Shown piece after piece: positions 1 through 10,605 of a stretch of 64,000 nucleotides of DNA. This stretch comes from Patescibacteria group bacterium. Lineage in GTDB: Bacteria > Patescibacteriota > Microgenomatia > JAMCZE01. Position 1 is the first letter of the stretch; each line of letters opens with the position of its first letter. The DNA lies in NCBI GenBank assembly GCA_023380635.1, contig JAMCRP010000001.1, positions 405,200 to 469,199 of the forward strand, in the 5' to 3' direction. The position numbers and the translations under genes are program-made. The notes below the pieces were generated by a model that was not told where the DNA came from, ran no database searches, and worked only from the letters and a program-made list of their open reading frames with translations.

Positions 1-2823
1 ATTTTCGCAAAACAGAGAATGAGAACAGGCGAAATTTGAATTCTGGATCTCGTCACGAATCTTTAAAAGATCTTTCTTGGTTTGTTCCAGTTGGTCTTTA
101 GTCCGGATCGTGGTTACCTTGGTCGCGTTATCAAAAAAGTAGAAGGATAATTTTACTTTACTGATATCTTTACCTAAAACCCCCGGATCGGCGGCAGCCA
201 AAGCATAAATCGTTATCTGTAAATCTATGTCTATGTCCTTTTGTGATGGCACATTAGCTCCGGTTTTATAATCGATTATTTCAATTTCTCCATTTCCCAA
301 GTCGTCTACCCGGTCAATTTTTCCACCGACTTTTAATGTTGGGTCTACTCTTAAAGTGAATGGTTGTTCAAGAAATATCGGCTTAGCCTTTTTGTGAATT
401 TCCGTTTCCAGATAGCCAGTCAGGAATTTTTTGGCTTTTTCCAAAGTTTCCTGTTCGTGTTTCTTACTGGCATAACCTTCAACAATCCAATTTCGTTCCA
501 GACACTCTAAAATATTTCCGCCGTCGCGGTGATAATCCTTCAGGGCAAGATGGATTGAGTTTCCCATGGAAAGCGGCGCAGTTGTCGGGGTAGGAATTCG
601 TAAAATGTACCGGAGTTTGAAATGCAGAGGGCAATCTTTGAAAGCCTGAATGGCGGAATACGAAAGGTAATCAATCTTGACCGGTTCCGTGTTTTGGTGA
701 ACCGGTTCCAGAATCGGCTTTTCCCATTCAAACAGCGGTATCTGTCTTCCTTTTTCCTGTTTATTATTCCATATCTTTAATCCGTTATCTCCCAGCGCCT
801 CAATGACAAAAGGGGAAATTTTTCTTTCCCTTTTCCCCTCCCCATAATAGTTGGCCGCGGCCAAATACAGTCGCTCTTTTGTCCTTGTCATACCGACATA
901 AAACAATCGCCGCTCCTCCTCCAAGTGATAGTCGCCTTGGGGTAGAACTTCTTTGATAAGTTTATCCGGCACCGGAATTTGTTCCTTGCGTTCTCTAGTC
1001 GGAAATCTCCCTTCTACCAGGTTAGTCAAAAATACTACCGGAAATTCCAGACCCTTAGCCGAATGGACCGTTAAAATATTCACGGCATTATTACTGCTCC
1101 AATCGGTTTCGGCCGCTAACGGACTTTCGCCCATATCCATCGCTAAATCCAGATAATCAACAATTGCAAAAACACTGGCGTCAGCGTTAACCGATTCAAA
1201 AGTTTTCAGCCGGTCAAAAAATTTTGTGATGTTTAGCGCTTTGCGTTCTTCGGCCGCTGTTTTATAGTTGGCAACCATTTGCAACAGCCCCGAGTCCTGT
1301 AAAAAGTAATAAAGAATTTGTCCCCCGGTTTCTTTGGGAATTAATTTTTGGTGACGGTGGACCATGTCGACAAACTTTATTATTACCTCGTTGCGAGGCG
1401 CGAACGCAGTGAGCGCCGTGGCAATCTCACCTGATCCGGAAATTGCAGAAGCTACCGCACTTGCCGCTGCACTGGTCTGTAGTTCCAACTCTTCAAACAA
1501 GGAAACATTTTTCCTTTTGGCACTGTTTAAATAGTAAATCAGATCCCGTTGCGGGATATTCCAAACATCCATCGAAAGTACCCGGTATAAACTGACTGAA
1601 TCTGTAAAGTCCGCCAAGACCTTAAGATAGGCGATTAAATCTTTAACTTCCGGCTGTTTAAAAAGCGCCCCCGGCCCTAAAAACTGAAAAGGTATCCTGG
1701 CTCTTTCCAGAGCTTTCACAAACGGTTCGCTGTGATTATTTGCCCGGACAAGGATGGCAAAATCCTTCCATTCGTGTTTTTCTTTTTTCCCTATTTCTTT
1801 AATTTTCCCAATTACCATTTCCGCTTCTTCCTCCAGTCTGTCCGTATGAATCAACTCCGCCCCCGGCCCGTCTTTCACTTGCGAAACAAGATTTTTATTT
1901 ATTCCCAGTCTCGCTTCCAAAGTATCAGGATCGTTATTTTTTATTAACCTGTAAGCCGCGTCGAGTATCGTCTGGGTAGAACGGTAATTTTTAGTTAAAA
2001 CAATTTGTTTGGCTTTCGGGTAGTCTTTCATAAAAGAGAGGATATTGGAAATAGCCGCGCCGCGGAATTTATAAATGGACTGGCTGTCATCACCGACAAC
2101 TGTCAAATTGGGGTTACCCGCTGCCGGAGCCAGAAGTTTAATCAGGTCATATTGAGCAAAGTTGGTGTCCTGAAACTCATCAACCAGAATATATTTAAAC
2201 TGCTTCCGGTATCTTTCCAAAACATTTTTTCTTTCCCGGAAAAGTTTTAAAGTATTGCTGATTAAATCCGCAAAATCCATTACTCCTTCATCAACTTTCA
2301 GTTGTTCGTAGACCTTGTAAGCTTCTTCCAGTTCCGGATACTCCTCATTCTTGTATTCCGTTGGTTTTATGTCTTCATCTTTTAACCGGCTAAAATGGCT
2401 GACCATGCCATCGATAAATTTATAAGGGTTACCGCTGGGCCGAAAATTTTTCAAATTAAATTTCCAGAAATTTTTCTTAACCAGAAGGTAAGTTTCCGCC
2501 TCCGTGAGCAATTTATAGTGGGGGCTTAGGCCAATTTGCAACGCTTCGCTTTTGAGAATCCGGTCGCAAAAAGAGTGGAAGGTCATAATCCACATTCCGA
2601 AAGTCCCGTAGGGCAGCGCCTGATCTACCCGCTCTTCCATCTCCCGCGCCGCTTTTTCCGTAAAAGTGAGGGCTAAAATTTCTTCCGGGCGGGCCAGATT
2701 TTTTTCCAGAAGATGCTTAATTTTTTCGGTGACTACCGTGGTTTTCCCCGTCCCCGCTCCCGCCACTATCAACAGCGGCCCCGTTGTGTCCTCTACTGCC
2801 GCTAACTGCTCGGGGTTAAGCAT
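1..2823 (-). CDS. UvrD/PcrA-family helicase fused to C-terminal PD-(D/E)XK nuclease (AdnB/AddA-like); 3' end outside window
   Basis: Manual translation of the minus strand: MLNPEQLAAVEDTTGPLLIVAGAGTGKT (Walker A), LVDEFQDTN, NYRSTQ, EEERRLFYVGMTR, then LSYSAIQAFKDCPLHF...GKIDRVD...IIDYKTG and Cys-rich end (CSHSLFCEN). Absent from the ORF track because it is truncated. Confidence 0.93.
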   Translation of the reverse strand, partial: MLNPEQLAAVEDTTGPLLIVAGAGTGKTTVVTEKIKHLLEKNLARPEEILALTFTEKAAREMEERVDQALPYGTFGMWIMTFHSFCDRILKSEALQIGLSPHYKLLTEAETYLLVKKNFWKFNLKNFRPSGNPYKFIDGMVSHFSRLKDEDIKPTEYKNEEYPELEEAYKVYEQLKVDEGVMDFADLISNTLKLFRERKNVLERYRKQFKYILVDEFQDTNFAQYDLIKLLAPAAGNPNLTVVGDDSQSIYKFRGAAISNILSFMKDYPKAKQIVLTKNYRSTQTILDAAYRLIKNNDPDTLEARLGINKNLVSQVKDGPGAELIHTDRLEEEAEMVIGKIKEIGKKEKHEWKDFAILVRANNHSEPFVKALERARIPFQFLGPGALFKQPEVKDLIAYLKVLADFTDSVSLYRVLSMDVWNIPQRDLIYYLNSAKRKNVSLFEELELQTSAAASAVASAISGSGEIATALTAFAPRNEVIIKFVDMVHRHQKLIPKETGGQILYYFLQDSGLLQMVANYKTAAEERKALNITKFFDRLKTFESVNADASVFAIVDYLDLAMDMGESPLAAETDWSSNNAVNILTVHSAKGLEFPVVFLTNLVEGRFPTRERKEQIPVPDKLIKEVLPQGDYHLEEERRLFYVGMTRTKERLYLAAANYYGEGKRERKISPFVIEALGDNGLKIWNNKQEKGRQIPLFEWEKPILEPVHQNTEPVKIDYLSYSAIQAFKDCPLHFKLRYILRIPTPTTAPLSMGNSIHLALKDYHRDGGNILECLERNWIVEGYASKKHEQETLEKAKKFLTGYLETEIHKKAKPIFLEQPFTLRVDPTLKVGGKIDRVDDLGNGEIEIIDYKTGANVPSQKDIDIDLQITIYALAAADPGVLGKDISKVKLSFYFFDNATKVTTIRTKDQLEQTKKDLLKIRDEIQNSNFACSHSLFCEN
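1387..1428. repeat. REP/RPE-like palindromic element, in frame within the helicase
   Basis: CTCGTTGCGAGGCGCGAACGCAGTGAGCGCCGTGGCAATCTC hairpin; translated as EIATALTAFAPRNE. Confidence 0.7.
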
Positions 2824-2885
2824 ATTTCCATATTAGGTTTTTAGTGCGAAAATACAATCTGTTATAAGGTTTCAAACTGGAACAA

Positions 2886-3566
2886 ATGAGGAAAATTGCC
2901 GGCTGGCTGTCAGATTACGAAGAACAACTTCTGGCCTATTTTGCCAAAAAAAGTCCCGGAACCATTGTTGAAATCGGCAGTTTTCAGGGGAAATCGACGG
3001 TGGCCATGGGACTGGCGACCAGAAATCTCATCTACGCCATCGATCCGCATCAAGGCCAAACTCAGGCTAATGGCAAAAAGGGCCTGCCGACTTACACCGT
3101 TTTTCTTAAAAACATTAAGAAATATCACTTGGATAAAGTTGTTCCCATCCGCAAAACTTCGGAAACCGCTAACAAGGGTTGGAAAAAGAAAATTTCCTTA
3201 CTGCACATTGACGGACTACATGAATACGAATTCGCCAAACAGGATTTAAAACTCTGGCTGCCCCATTTGGAAAATAATGGAGTTGTGATTTGCCACGACG
3301 CCTTTGCCCCTTTCCCTGAAGTCTGGCGTGCCGTGAGAGAAGAAATTTTTAACGGAAAATTTAGTTATATTGGTGTTTTGGATTCCCAGGTTTTTGCCGT
3401 TAAAGGCCGGGGGTGGAATTACCAGCAGCCGTTTATTATTCTGGCGTCAAATATCTGGCACAGCAATTTGCCGTATTCGGTTCGGGACTTTTTAGTAAAG
3501 CGAGTATTGAAGTCTTTCTATCTGAACAAATTTATTCTAAAAGAGATTTTTCGTCGGCCTCTTTAA
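2886..3566 (+). CDS. class I SAM-dependent methyltransferase (Methyltransf_24-like)
   Basis: VEIGSFQGKST, LHIDGLHEY, GVVICHD motifs. Confidence 0.85.
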   Translation: MRKIAGWLSDYEEQLLAYFAKKSPGTIVEIGSFQGKSTVAMGLATRNLIYAIDPHQGQTQANGKKGLPTYTVFLKNIKKYHLDKVVPIRKTSETANKGWKKKISLLHIDGLHEYEFAKQDLKLWLPHLENNGVVICHDAFAPFPEVWRAVREEIFNGKFSYIGVLDSQVFAVKGRGWNYQQPFIILASNIWHSNLPYSVRDFLVKRVLKSFYLNKFILKEIFRRPL

Positions 3567-4413
3567 ATTTTTGCACGCTATCAACCTTTGTCGAAAGACT
3601 TAAAAATTGCGAGGAAACTTTAGACATGGTGGCGTAACTATTATTAATGTGAGTTTGTAAGGTAGAGAGCACTTCGGCAAACTTCGAAGTTTCGGTGTGA
3701 ATGGCCCGCAGTGCCTGCTGAATGGTTTTAATCTCAGAGGCAATTTTTTGGCCTTCAAAAGACAGAAGGACTGACCGCAAAAAGGCGTAAAAAGTTGACG
3801 GGCTAACGGGCATAACCCGCTGTTTGTAGGCATAATCCATGAGATTACTGTTGACGATTTCGTAGTACACCGCTTCTGAAGGAACATACATTAAGGCAAA
3901 ATCCACGGTTCCTTCGTCCGGCAAAATATATTTTTTAGAAATTTCATCAATGCGGTCTTTGACATCTCTTTGAAAGTCTTTTTCGTAGGTTTTGTCTTCG
4001 CACATGCGTTTGAAATTTTCCAGGGGAAATTTGGAATCGATGGGGATGATTCCGGAGGCGGTTTTAATGGCCGCGTCAACTTTGACCCCCGACCGAAAGC
4101 CATACTGTAGGTTAAAACTTTGCTTGGGCAGGCTCTCTTCTAGCAGTGTTTTTAACACCTGTTCCCCCAGCCCTCCTCGCAGCTTTGGCGACGCCAGGAA
4201 ACTTTGCAGATCCTTCATACTCCGGCCAATTTCTGAAAACTCCCCAATAGATTTAGCTGTCTGGGCCATCTGCCGGGTTTGTTCGTCCAGGCGGGTATTG
4301 GTGGACTTGAGCCATTCCACCAGAGCCTTGTCGTCAGCCGATTTAGTCTTTCGAAGAAGCAGAAAAACTATGATTATTGAGGATATAATGATAGCGGCAG
4401 TATTAATATCCAT
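3532..4413 (-). CDS. rmuC: DNA recombination protein RmuC
   Basis: N-terminal TM; RGGLGEQVL, IPIDSKFPLE, TVDFALMYVPSEA, PVSPST; start placed at MDINTAA. Confidence 0.9.
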   Translation of the reverse strand: MDINTAAIIISSIIIVFLLLRKTKSADDKALVEWLKSTNTRLDEQTRQMAQTAKSIGEFSEIGRSMKDLQSFLASPKLRGGLGEQVLKTLLEESLPKQSFNLQYGFRSGVKVDAAIKTASGIIPIDSKFPLENFKRMCEDKTYEKDFQRDVKDRIDEISKKYILPDEGTVDFALMYVPSEAVYYEIVNSNLMDYAYKQRVMPVSPSTFYAFLRSVLLSFEGQKIASEIKTIQQALRAIHTETSKFAEVLSTLQTHINNSYATMSKVSSQFLSLSTKVDSVQKFKEADEKSLLE

Positions 4414-4419
4414 CGGCTT

Positions 4420-4746
4420 ATGTTTTTTACCATATTTCTGCGCCGAATTCAAAAATTCCTCCTTCCCCTTAAATTGTTTTTCCTCCTTATTCTGGTTTCT
4501 CTCATCGTTCTTATCGTTCTCAAGGCTCCGCCGGACATCGGCCTGATTACCCTGGTGGCCGTCTTGCTATTCTTGGTCCTGGCGATTATTGTCAGTTTTT
4601 TCCAAAGTAGCAAGACCTCCTTGTTTATTTCTCTAACCGCTTCCTTTCTTCTTTTTCTGCGGGCAGTCAGTCTGTTTAGTTTAATTAATATTGGCCTTTT
4701 TGCCGTTTTCCTGCTCCTTTTGGGTTTATATCTTCATAAAAAGTAG
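4420..4746 (+). CDS. small membrane protein
   Basis: 108 aa, about 4 hydrophobic segments, fills the rmuC-metG gap; start uncertain. Confidence 0.55.
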   Translation: MFFTIFLRRIQKFLLPLKLFFLLILVSLIVLIVLKAPPDIGLITLVAVLLFLVLAIIVSFFQSSKTSLFISLTASFLLFLRAVSLFSLINIGLFAVFLLLLGLYLHKK

Positions 4747-4759
4747 TAAAATTAGCTTC

Positions 4760-6157
4760 ATGGAAAAGAAATTCTATGTCACGACCGCCATCGACTACAC
4801 CAATGACGTAATTCACATTGGCCACGCGTACCAAAAGATTCTGGCGGACGCCTTGGCCAGATATCACCGGCTCATTGGTAATCCGACCCGCCTACTGACG
4901 GGAACGGATGAACATGGGCAAAAAGTGCAAAAAAGCGCCGAGGCTAAAGGCATTTCGCCGAAAGAATACACCGACAAAATTGCCGCCGCGGATAAAAAAG
5001 AATGGGACAGCTTAAACATTTCTTACGACAGATTTATCAGAACTACCGACCAAGACCACATCGAATTCTCCCAGGAGTTTTACAAAAAATGTCAGGAGAA
5101 CGGAGATATTTATCTGGGAAAATACGAAGGTTTGTATTGTGAAGGCTGCGAAGCCTACTATGAAGAATCCGATTTAATTGAAGGTAAATGCCCGTTTCAC
5201 CCTAACAGAGAAATTCTGAAAATATCTGAAGAAAACTATTTCTTCAGGTTGTCAAAATACCAGGACTGGCTGGAAAAATACATCGAAAAACATCCGGAAT
5301 TTATCTGGCCGGAAAAGCACCGTAACGAAATTCTGAGTTTTATTAGAAGTGGCTTGCGGGATTTTTCCGTCAGTAGAAATAAAAAGAATTTATCCTGGGG
5401 CATTCCCGTCCCCGGCGACGACAATCAGGTGATCTATGTTTGGTTCGATGCCCTCATAAATTATCTAACTTATGGTGATGAAGAAGATTTCTGGCCGGCA
5501 AATGTTCATGTTCTTGGTAAAGACAACCAGAGATTTCATGCCATCTATTGGCCCGCCATGTTGAAATCGGCGGGCTACGCCTTGCCGAAAACAATTTTAG
5601 TCCATGAATTTATCAGTCTGAATGGCCAAAAAGTCAGTAAAAGCCTGGGGAACGTTATCCTTCCATCAGAGCTGGTAGAAAAATACGGAACCGATGCCGT
5701 TCGATATTACTTTTTGCGCTATGGTCCTTTGACCGCGGATATTGATATTACCGACGAAAAACTGACGGAAGTTTATAACGCCGATTTGGCTAATGGATTG
5801 GGAAATCTTATCTCCCGTATTGGCCGGCTGGGAGAAAAAGCCGCTTATGTTCCCAAAAGTGTTAATCACGAACTCTATCCGGAAGTGCAAAAAGCCCTGG
5901 AAAATTTTCGGGTCGATCAGGCCTTGGAATTTATCTGGACCAAAGTTAGAGAGTGTGATGTCGATCTGGATACTGCTAAACCTTGGGCCGTTCCCGGTAC
6001 TCAGTTACGCGCGTTTTTAGACAGTATCGTTCCGAAAATCCAAAACTTGAGTTATAACCTGACGCCATTTTTGCCCGAGGTTTCCAAAAAAATTGAGGAT
6101 CAGTTTTCCCAGCGGATTTACTATCAAGATCCCCTTTTCCCGAGGATTAGTATATGA
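4760..6157 (+). CDS. metG: methionine--tRNA ligase (no C-terminal tRNA-binding domain)
   Basis: HIGH motif, GTDEHG, YVWFDAL, KVSKS; start MEKKFYVTT just after a TAAAAT -10 box. Confidence 0.96.
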   Translation: MEKKFYVTTAIDYTNDVIHIGHAYQKILADALARYHRLIGNPTRLLTGTDEHGQKVQKSAEAKGISPKEYTDKIAAADKKEWDSLNISYDRFIRTTDQDHIEFSQEFYKKCQENGDIYLGKYEGLYCEGCEAYYEESDLIEGKCPFHPNREILKISEENYFFRLSKYQDWLEKYIEKHPEFIWPEKHRNEILSFIRSGLRDFSVSRNKKNLSWGIPVPGDDNQVIYVWFDALINYLTYGDEEDFWPANVHVLGKDNQRFHAIYWPAMLKSAGYALPKTILVHEFISLNGQKVSKSLGNVILPSELVEKYGTDAVRYYFLRYGPLTADIDITDEKLTEVYNADLANGLGNLISRIGRLGEKAAYVPKSVNHELYPEVQKALENFRVDQALEFIWTKVRECDVDLDTAKPWAVPGTQLRAFLDSIVPKIQNLSYNLTPFLPEVSKKIEDQFSQRIYYQDPLFPRISI

Positions 6158-6849
6158 CCACTGTAATCACTACTTCGTGGGTACTTCGCACAAAGAATGA
6201 AGAAAAACACATCGGAGAAGTTCTAGAGATGCTTAAAAACCAGACACGAAAGGATTTTGAAATAATTGTTATTGATTCGGGTTCAACAGATGGAACACTG
6301 GAAATAGTCAGGAAGTACCCTATCAGACTAATTAGTATTAAGCCTGAAGAGTTTAATTATAGTTACGCCTTGAATCGAGCCATCAAATTCGCCCGCGGGC
6401 AATATATTGGCATTCTTAGCGGTCACAGCATACCAATAACTGCTTCTTTCTATGAAGATGGTCTAAAGCTTTTCTCGGATTCTAAAGTTGCCGCTATCTC
6501 AGGACATTATGTCGATGAAAATTTTAAAATAGGAAAGAAACTTGTGTTGCGTAGAAAAGAACAACATTTTATTGCGGACATGACGAATACTAATAGTATG
6601 ATTAGAAAGAAACTTTGGAAAAGTTATCATTTTGACGAAAAACTAATGTTTGGGTGCGAAGATTATGATTGGGCCTTAGAAATGCTTGCCCGCGGCTATG
6701 ATGTTGTTAAAGTTCCTGCTTTCTCTACAATCTATTATCGAGTAAACGGCAAACCATCTTATTGGAAAATGAAACCTATCTGGAATCAGGTTTGTAAGGA
6801 ACTTCGCCAAAAACGCCGGCCATCAAAATCGTTTAGTATTCTTAACTAA
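6154..6849 (+). CDS. glycosyltransferase family 2
   Basis: RTKNEE, VIDSGSTDGT, CEDYDW. Confidence 0.88.
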   Translation: MTTVITTSWVLRTKNEEKHIGEVLEMLKNQTRKDFEIIVIDSGSTDGTLEIVRKYPIRLISIKPEEFNYSYALNRAIKFARGQYIGILSGHSIPITASFYEDGLKLFSDSKVAAISGHYVDENFKIGKKLVLRRKEQHFIADMTNTNSMIRKKLWKSYHFDEKLMFGCEDYDWALEMLARGYDVVKVPAFSTIYYRVNGKPSYWKMKPIWNQVCKELRQKRRPSKSFSILN

Positions 6850-6850
6850 A

Positions 6851-7579
6851 ATGCTCGTCGATACTCATGCCCATATTAGCGGACCGGTTACGGGAGTAGA
6901 TAAGGTTATTAATGTCGGAACTTCCCTGGAAGACAGCGAAAAAGCTATCGAGTTGGCCAAAAAATATGACAATATTTTCGCGGCTGTCGGCATTCATCCG
7001 GTCGACAATCCGACCTTAACTATTAATAGTATTGACTGGCTAAAGTTTGAAGAGCTGGCCAAACAACCAAAAGTCGTCGCCATTGGTGAATGCGGTTTGG
7101 ACTATCACCAAAACCAGGACAAGGACAGACAGAGGGCAATATTTTCTAAACAAATCGAAATTGCCGCGAAGTTAAATCTGCCGTTATCTATACATATTCG
7201 TGATGCTCGGGCAGATTTAATGGAGAGATTTGGAGAGATTTTATCCGGTAATCAGGGTGTCTTTCACTGCTTTAGCGGCGATACGAATTACCTGAATTTT
7301 ATTCTGGAGAAATTACCGACTTTTTACATCTCTTTTGCCGGCAATCTAACTTTTAGGAATGCCAAGGAACTGCAGGAGTTGGCTAAAATAGTACCTTTTG
7401 AAAAAATACTGATAGAAACCGACTCGCCATATTTGGCCCCCGAACCCTACCGTGGTTCGCAAAACTCCCCGGCGAATGTTAAAATTGTGGCGTCAAAACT
7501 GGCTGAACTGAAAGGCGTTAGTTTGGAAGAAATTGAAACAATTACGGCCACTAATGCCGCTTTTTTGTTCGGAATATGA
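6851..7579 (+). CDS. tatD: TatD-family deoxyribonuclease
   Basis: DTHAH, GIHP, GECGLDY, HCFSG, ETDSPYLAP. Confidence 0.95.
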   Translation: MLVDTHAHISGPVTGVDKVINVGTSLEDSEKAIELAKKYDNIFAAVGIHPVDNPTLTINSIDWLKFEELAKQPKVVAIGECGLDYHQNQDKDRQRAIFSKQIEIAAKLNLPLSIHIRDARADLMERFGEILSGNQGVFHCFSGDTNYLNFILEKLPTFYISFAGNLTFRNAKELQELAKIVPFEKILIETDSPYLAPEPYRGSQNSPANVKIVASKLAELKGVSLEEIETITATNAAFLFGI

Positions 7580-9081
7580 ACGAAAGAATTATTAATTACA
7601 TTAACTACCACCCCGTCAAAACTCAGCGGGCCCTGGAAATTGCCACCGGCCTGGTTCCCTGGCTGATTATCGCCTGGGTCATCGGGGGCAGTTTTGTTAT
7701 TCCGGAAATTGTCGCCTATTTTGTCATCGCCTTTAATATCTACTGGCTTTACCGCTCAGCCCAGCTGGCCTGGCACGCCACTTTAGGATATCTCAACATC
7801 CGGGCTACCCAAAAAGTTGACTGGCGCCAAAAATTCGACGCTCTTCCCGATCATCAAAAAATCTGGAACATTGTTATTATTCCCAATGTCAAAGAACCAG
7901 TGGAACTTTTGGAACGGAATTTAAATTCTCTTTTAACCCAAAATTTTCCGGTTAAAAAATTAATAGTAGTTTTGGCAATGGAAGAACGGGCCGGCGAGGA
8001 AGCCCACCGGCGGGCGGATTATTTGCTGAAAAAATATCGCGGCAAATTTGGAGAGCTGATTGCTACCTTTCATTCCCTAAAACCCGGCGAAACTATCGGC
8101 AAACACAGTAATGAAGCTTACGCGGCCAAAGTGGCCAAGAAACTTTTGATTGATAAAGAGCGTGTCCCGATCGAAAATGTTTTAATTACAACGAGCGACA
8201 TCGATTGTGTTTTCCCGCCACAATATTTTTCCCTCTTAACCTACAAATTCCTGACTTCCAAACAGCCGTTTAACGAATTTTTCCAGGCCCCGCTTTTTAT
8301 GTACAACAACATTTCCCGCGTTCCGCTTTTGATCCGTTTCCCCGCTATTATCAGCGGCGTTTATTTTCTGTCAATTTTGCAAAAATACAGCAAACGCTTT
8401 TTGAATTTTTCGACTTATTCGCTTTCCCTCAAACTTTTGGACAGCGTCGGCTACTGGGATCTGGATGTTATTCCCGAAGACGCCCATTTGTATTACAAAT
8501 GCTACTTTGCTAACAAAGGTAACATCACTGTGGTCCCGATTTTTCTGCCCATTACCATTGACGCCGCCGAATCGTCATCCCGCTGGCAAACTTATAAAAA
8601 CAGTTATCAGCAAAACAAACGTTGGGCGTGGGGCGTGGTAGATATTCCCTATGTTGTTAAAAACTTTTTCCTCCATCCGGAAATTCCTTTGTGGGATAAA
8701 CTGGTGAAATTATCTTTGGCTTTGGAATGGCATTTTTCCTGGTCCACTTCTTGGTTTTTGATTACTCTCGGAGCCACTATTCCGACTGTTTTAAATCCCG
8801 CTTTCGCCCGGACCACTCTGGGCTACAATCTCTCCCGAACTAGCAGTTTGATTTTGACGATTTGCGTTATCGGAGCCATTGCTATTACCGTTTATGATAA
8901 TTTACTTAATCCGCAGAAGAAAAATAAAGTCCTCGTCTTTTTTCATCCCCTAACTTATTTGCAATGGTTGTTACTGCCGGTAACCGGCTTGATTTTTGGG
9001 TCACTGCCGGGTCTGGAATCCCAAACCAGGTTAATGCTTGGAAGATATCTCGGGTACCACGTAACTGAGAAGAAGGCCTAA
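7576..9081 (+). CDS. membrane glycosyltransferase family 2 (processive type)
   Basis: DID, PED, QNKRW (QxxRW) motifs with flanking TMs. Confidence 0.85.
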   Translation: MNERIINYINYHPVKTQRALEIATGLVPWLIIAWVIGGSFVIPEIVAYFVIAFNIYWLYRSAQLAWHATLGYLNIRATQKVDWRQKFDALPDHQKIWNIVIIPNVKEPVELLERNLNSLLTQNFPVKKLIVVLAMEERAGEEAHRRADYLLKKYRGKFGELIATFHSLKPGETIGKHSNEAYAAKVAKKLLIDKERVPIENVLITTSDIDCVFPPQYFSLLTYKFLTSKQPFNEFFQAPLFMYNNISRVPLLIRFPAIISGVYFLSILQKYSKRFLNFSTYSLSLKLLDSVGYWDLDVIPEDAHLYYKCYFANKGNITVVPIFLPITIDAAESSSRWQTYKNSYQQNKRWAWGVVDIPYVVKNFFLHPEIPLWDKLVKLSLALEWHFSWSTSWFLITLGATIPTVLNPAFARTTLGYNLSRTSSLILTICVIGAIAITVYDNLLNPQKKNKVLVFFHPLTYLQWLLLPVTGLIFGSLPGLESQTRLMLGRYLGYHVTEKKA

Positions 9082-10605
9082 AACAACGATACCAAAAACT
9101 CCAAGTGATAAAAGATCTACTGTTTTTCGTAGCGGTGTTTCTGTAAAGATTGTTTTTATCTGATGGGTTCCCGGCAAAACAAGGTAATTTATTTTGCCGT
9201 TATCATAGTTTATCGGCGTCTCCACTCCGTCAACAAAAACCTCCCAGCCGGGATAATACATGGTGTTTTCCGTTACTAAACCGGACTTACCGACGTTATT
9301 AATCACGTAATCATGTTCGTTGGTTTTCCAAAGAGTGATCTGATAGTTGGCGTTTTCAATTTTTTGCGCGGGGATACTATCTGGTTTAGGAACCAGCCAA
9401 CGGGTCGCCTGTTCGTGTGCCCAAGTGGTCGAGCCAGGAATGGCATCGCCGGGAAAAACTGGAGCATATTCCGTCTGGTTGCGCCACCAAGTGTAACTGA
9501 CGGACAGAATAGTTAGGACTACTAAAATAATAACGGCTTTTCTTGAAGCTTTAGCCGCCGCTACCCCCATTGCCCCCAAGACCGCCATGGCCGGTAGTGT
9601 CAGCATGGTAAACCGCCAGGGGAACTGGACAAACGGCAGGAGAGGCACATGATCCCAAAATATTTTAGAGATCGGAAGCATGAAGAAAATCGAAACCAAA
9701 AACATTAACAGGGAAAAGACCAGCAGAATGTTCCGGCGAATATACCTCAAGGCGACAACAACCAGCGCCAGTTGGATCCAACCAAGATTTAAAGGTACTG
9801 CTCCAAAACTCCAGCGCGGATCGATTAGCTGTAACGGACTGACGAAATAGTTGGGATAATCTTTGGCAATCGTTAAATCCAGAAAGGTCCATTTCTTCTC
9901 ATAAAGGGCTGGCACCAGGAAAAAGGCCGCCATTAAAATTCCCAGAGCAAAAGCGACCGCACCTTTAACCAAAGGAATAATTGATTTGTTAGCTACTCCC
10001 AAAATTGCCAGATAGCCAAAGAAAAAAGCGGCCAAAAGCATGGCCGAAATATTGTGAGAAACCCCCAAAGCTCCGACTATTAAAGCCACCCATAAAATAT
10101 TTCTTTTACCTTTCGTTGTTAATGTTTCCGCACTCCAAAGAAGAAGTGGCGGAAAAATAAATGCTATTGCTTCAGCCACTGACCCCCGGACATAAATATT
10201 ACTCATTCGGTAAGGGGCATACATATAAAGCACCGCTCCCAAAACCGCATACTCCCCCTTTATTTTGCGCCGCAGATACCAGTACATTAGAAGTCCTGAA
10301 AGAACAAAAGATCCGGCCGTTTCCAGTTTCATAGCGTCCGCGGCCGAAAGACCCGGAGCCATAAGAGCCGCGCCGAGGTAATAAATTGACGGATAATTAA
10401 AATTAAAGAAAGGATAACCATATCCGTAATAAAGCCTTTCCGACCAGCGCACCGGAATATTGCCATCTTTTAAGGAGCGATAAAACTCTTCCATCCGGAT
10501 TACATGGCCGATGCCGTCGTGGGAAGAGTAATAGCCGGGCAGGGCCAGATCCATAATTCCAAAGAGAGAAAGAAGGAGTACAATTATAATTGTGAGCCGC
10601 TTCAT
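9031..10605 (-). CDS. polytopic membrane protein, GT-C fold / PTPS-related family
   Basis: SHDG..H, GYGYPFFNFNYP, QFPWRF, YYPGW motifs; many TMs. Confidence 0.75.
   Translation of the reverse strand: MKRLTIIIVLLLSLFGIMDLALPGYYSSHDGIGHVIRMEEFYRSLKDGNIPVRWSERLYYGYGYPFFNFNYPSIYYLGAALMAPGLSAADAMKLETAGSFVLSGLLMYWYLRRKIKGEYAVLGAVLYMYAPYRMSNIYVRGSVAEAIAFIFPPLLLWSAETLTTKGKRNILWVALIVGALGVSHNISAMLLAAFFFGYLAILGVANKSIIPLVKGAVAFALGILMAAFFLVPALYEKKWTFLDLTIAKDYPNYFVSPLQLIDPRWSFGAVPLNLGWIQLALVVVALRYIRRNILLVFSLLMFLVSIFFMLPISKIFWDHVPLLPFVQFPWRFTMLTLPAMAVLGAMGVAAAKASRKAVIILVVLTILSVSYTWWRNQTEYAPVFPGDAIPGSTTWAHEQATRWLVPKPDSIPAQKIENANYQITLWKTNEHDYVINNVGKSGLVTENTMYYPGWEVFVDGVETPINYDNGKINYLVLPGTHQIKTIFTETPLRKTVDLLSLGVFGIVVLGLLLSYVVPEISSKH

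Noticed and set aside
540-2250. Short ORFs listed in the track within 540-2250, and other antisense ORFs overlapping core genes or tRNAs
   Set aside because: They are shadow frames of the long helicase gene and other well-supported features.
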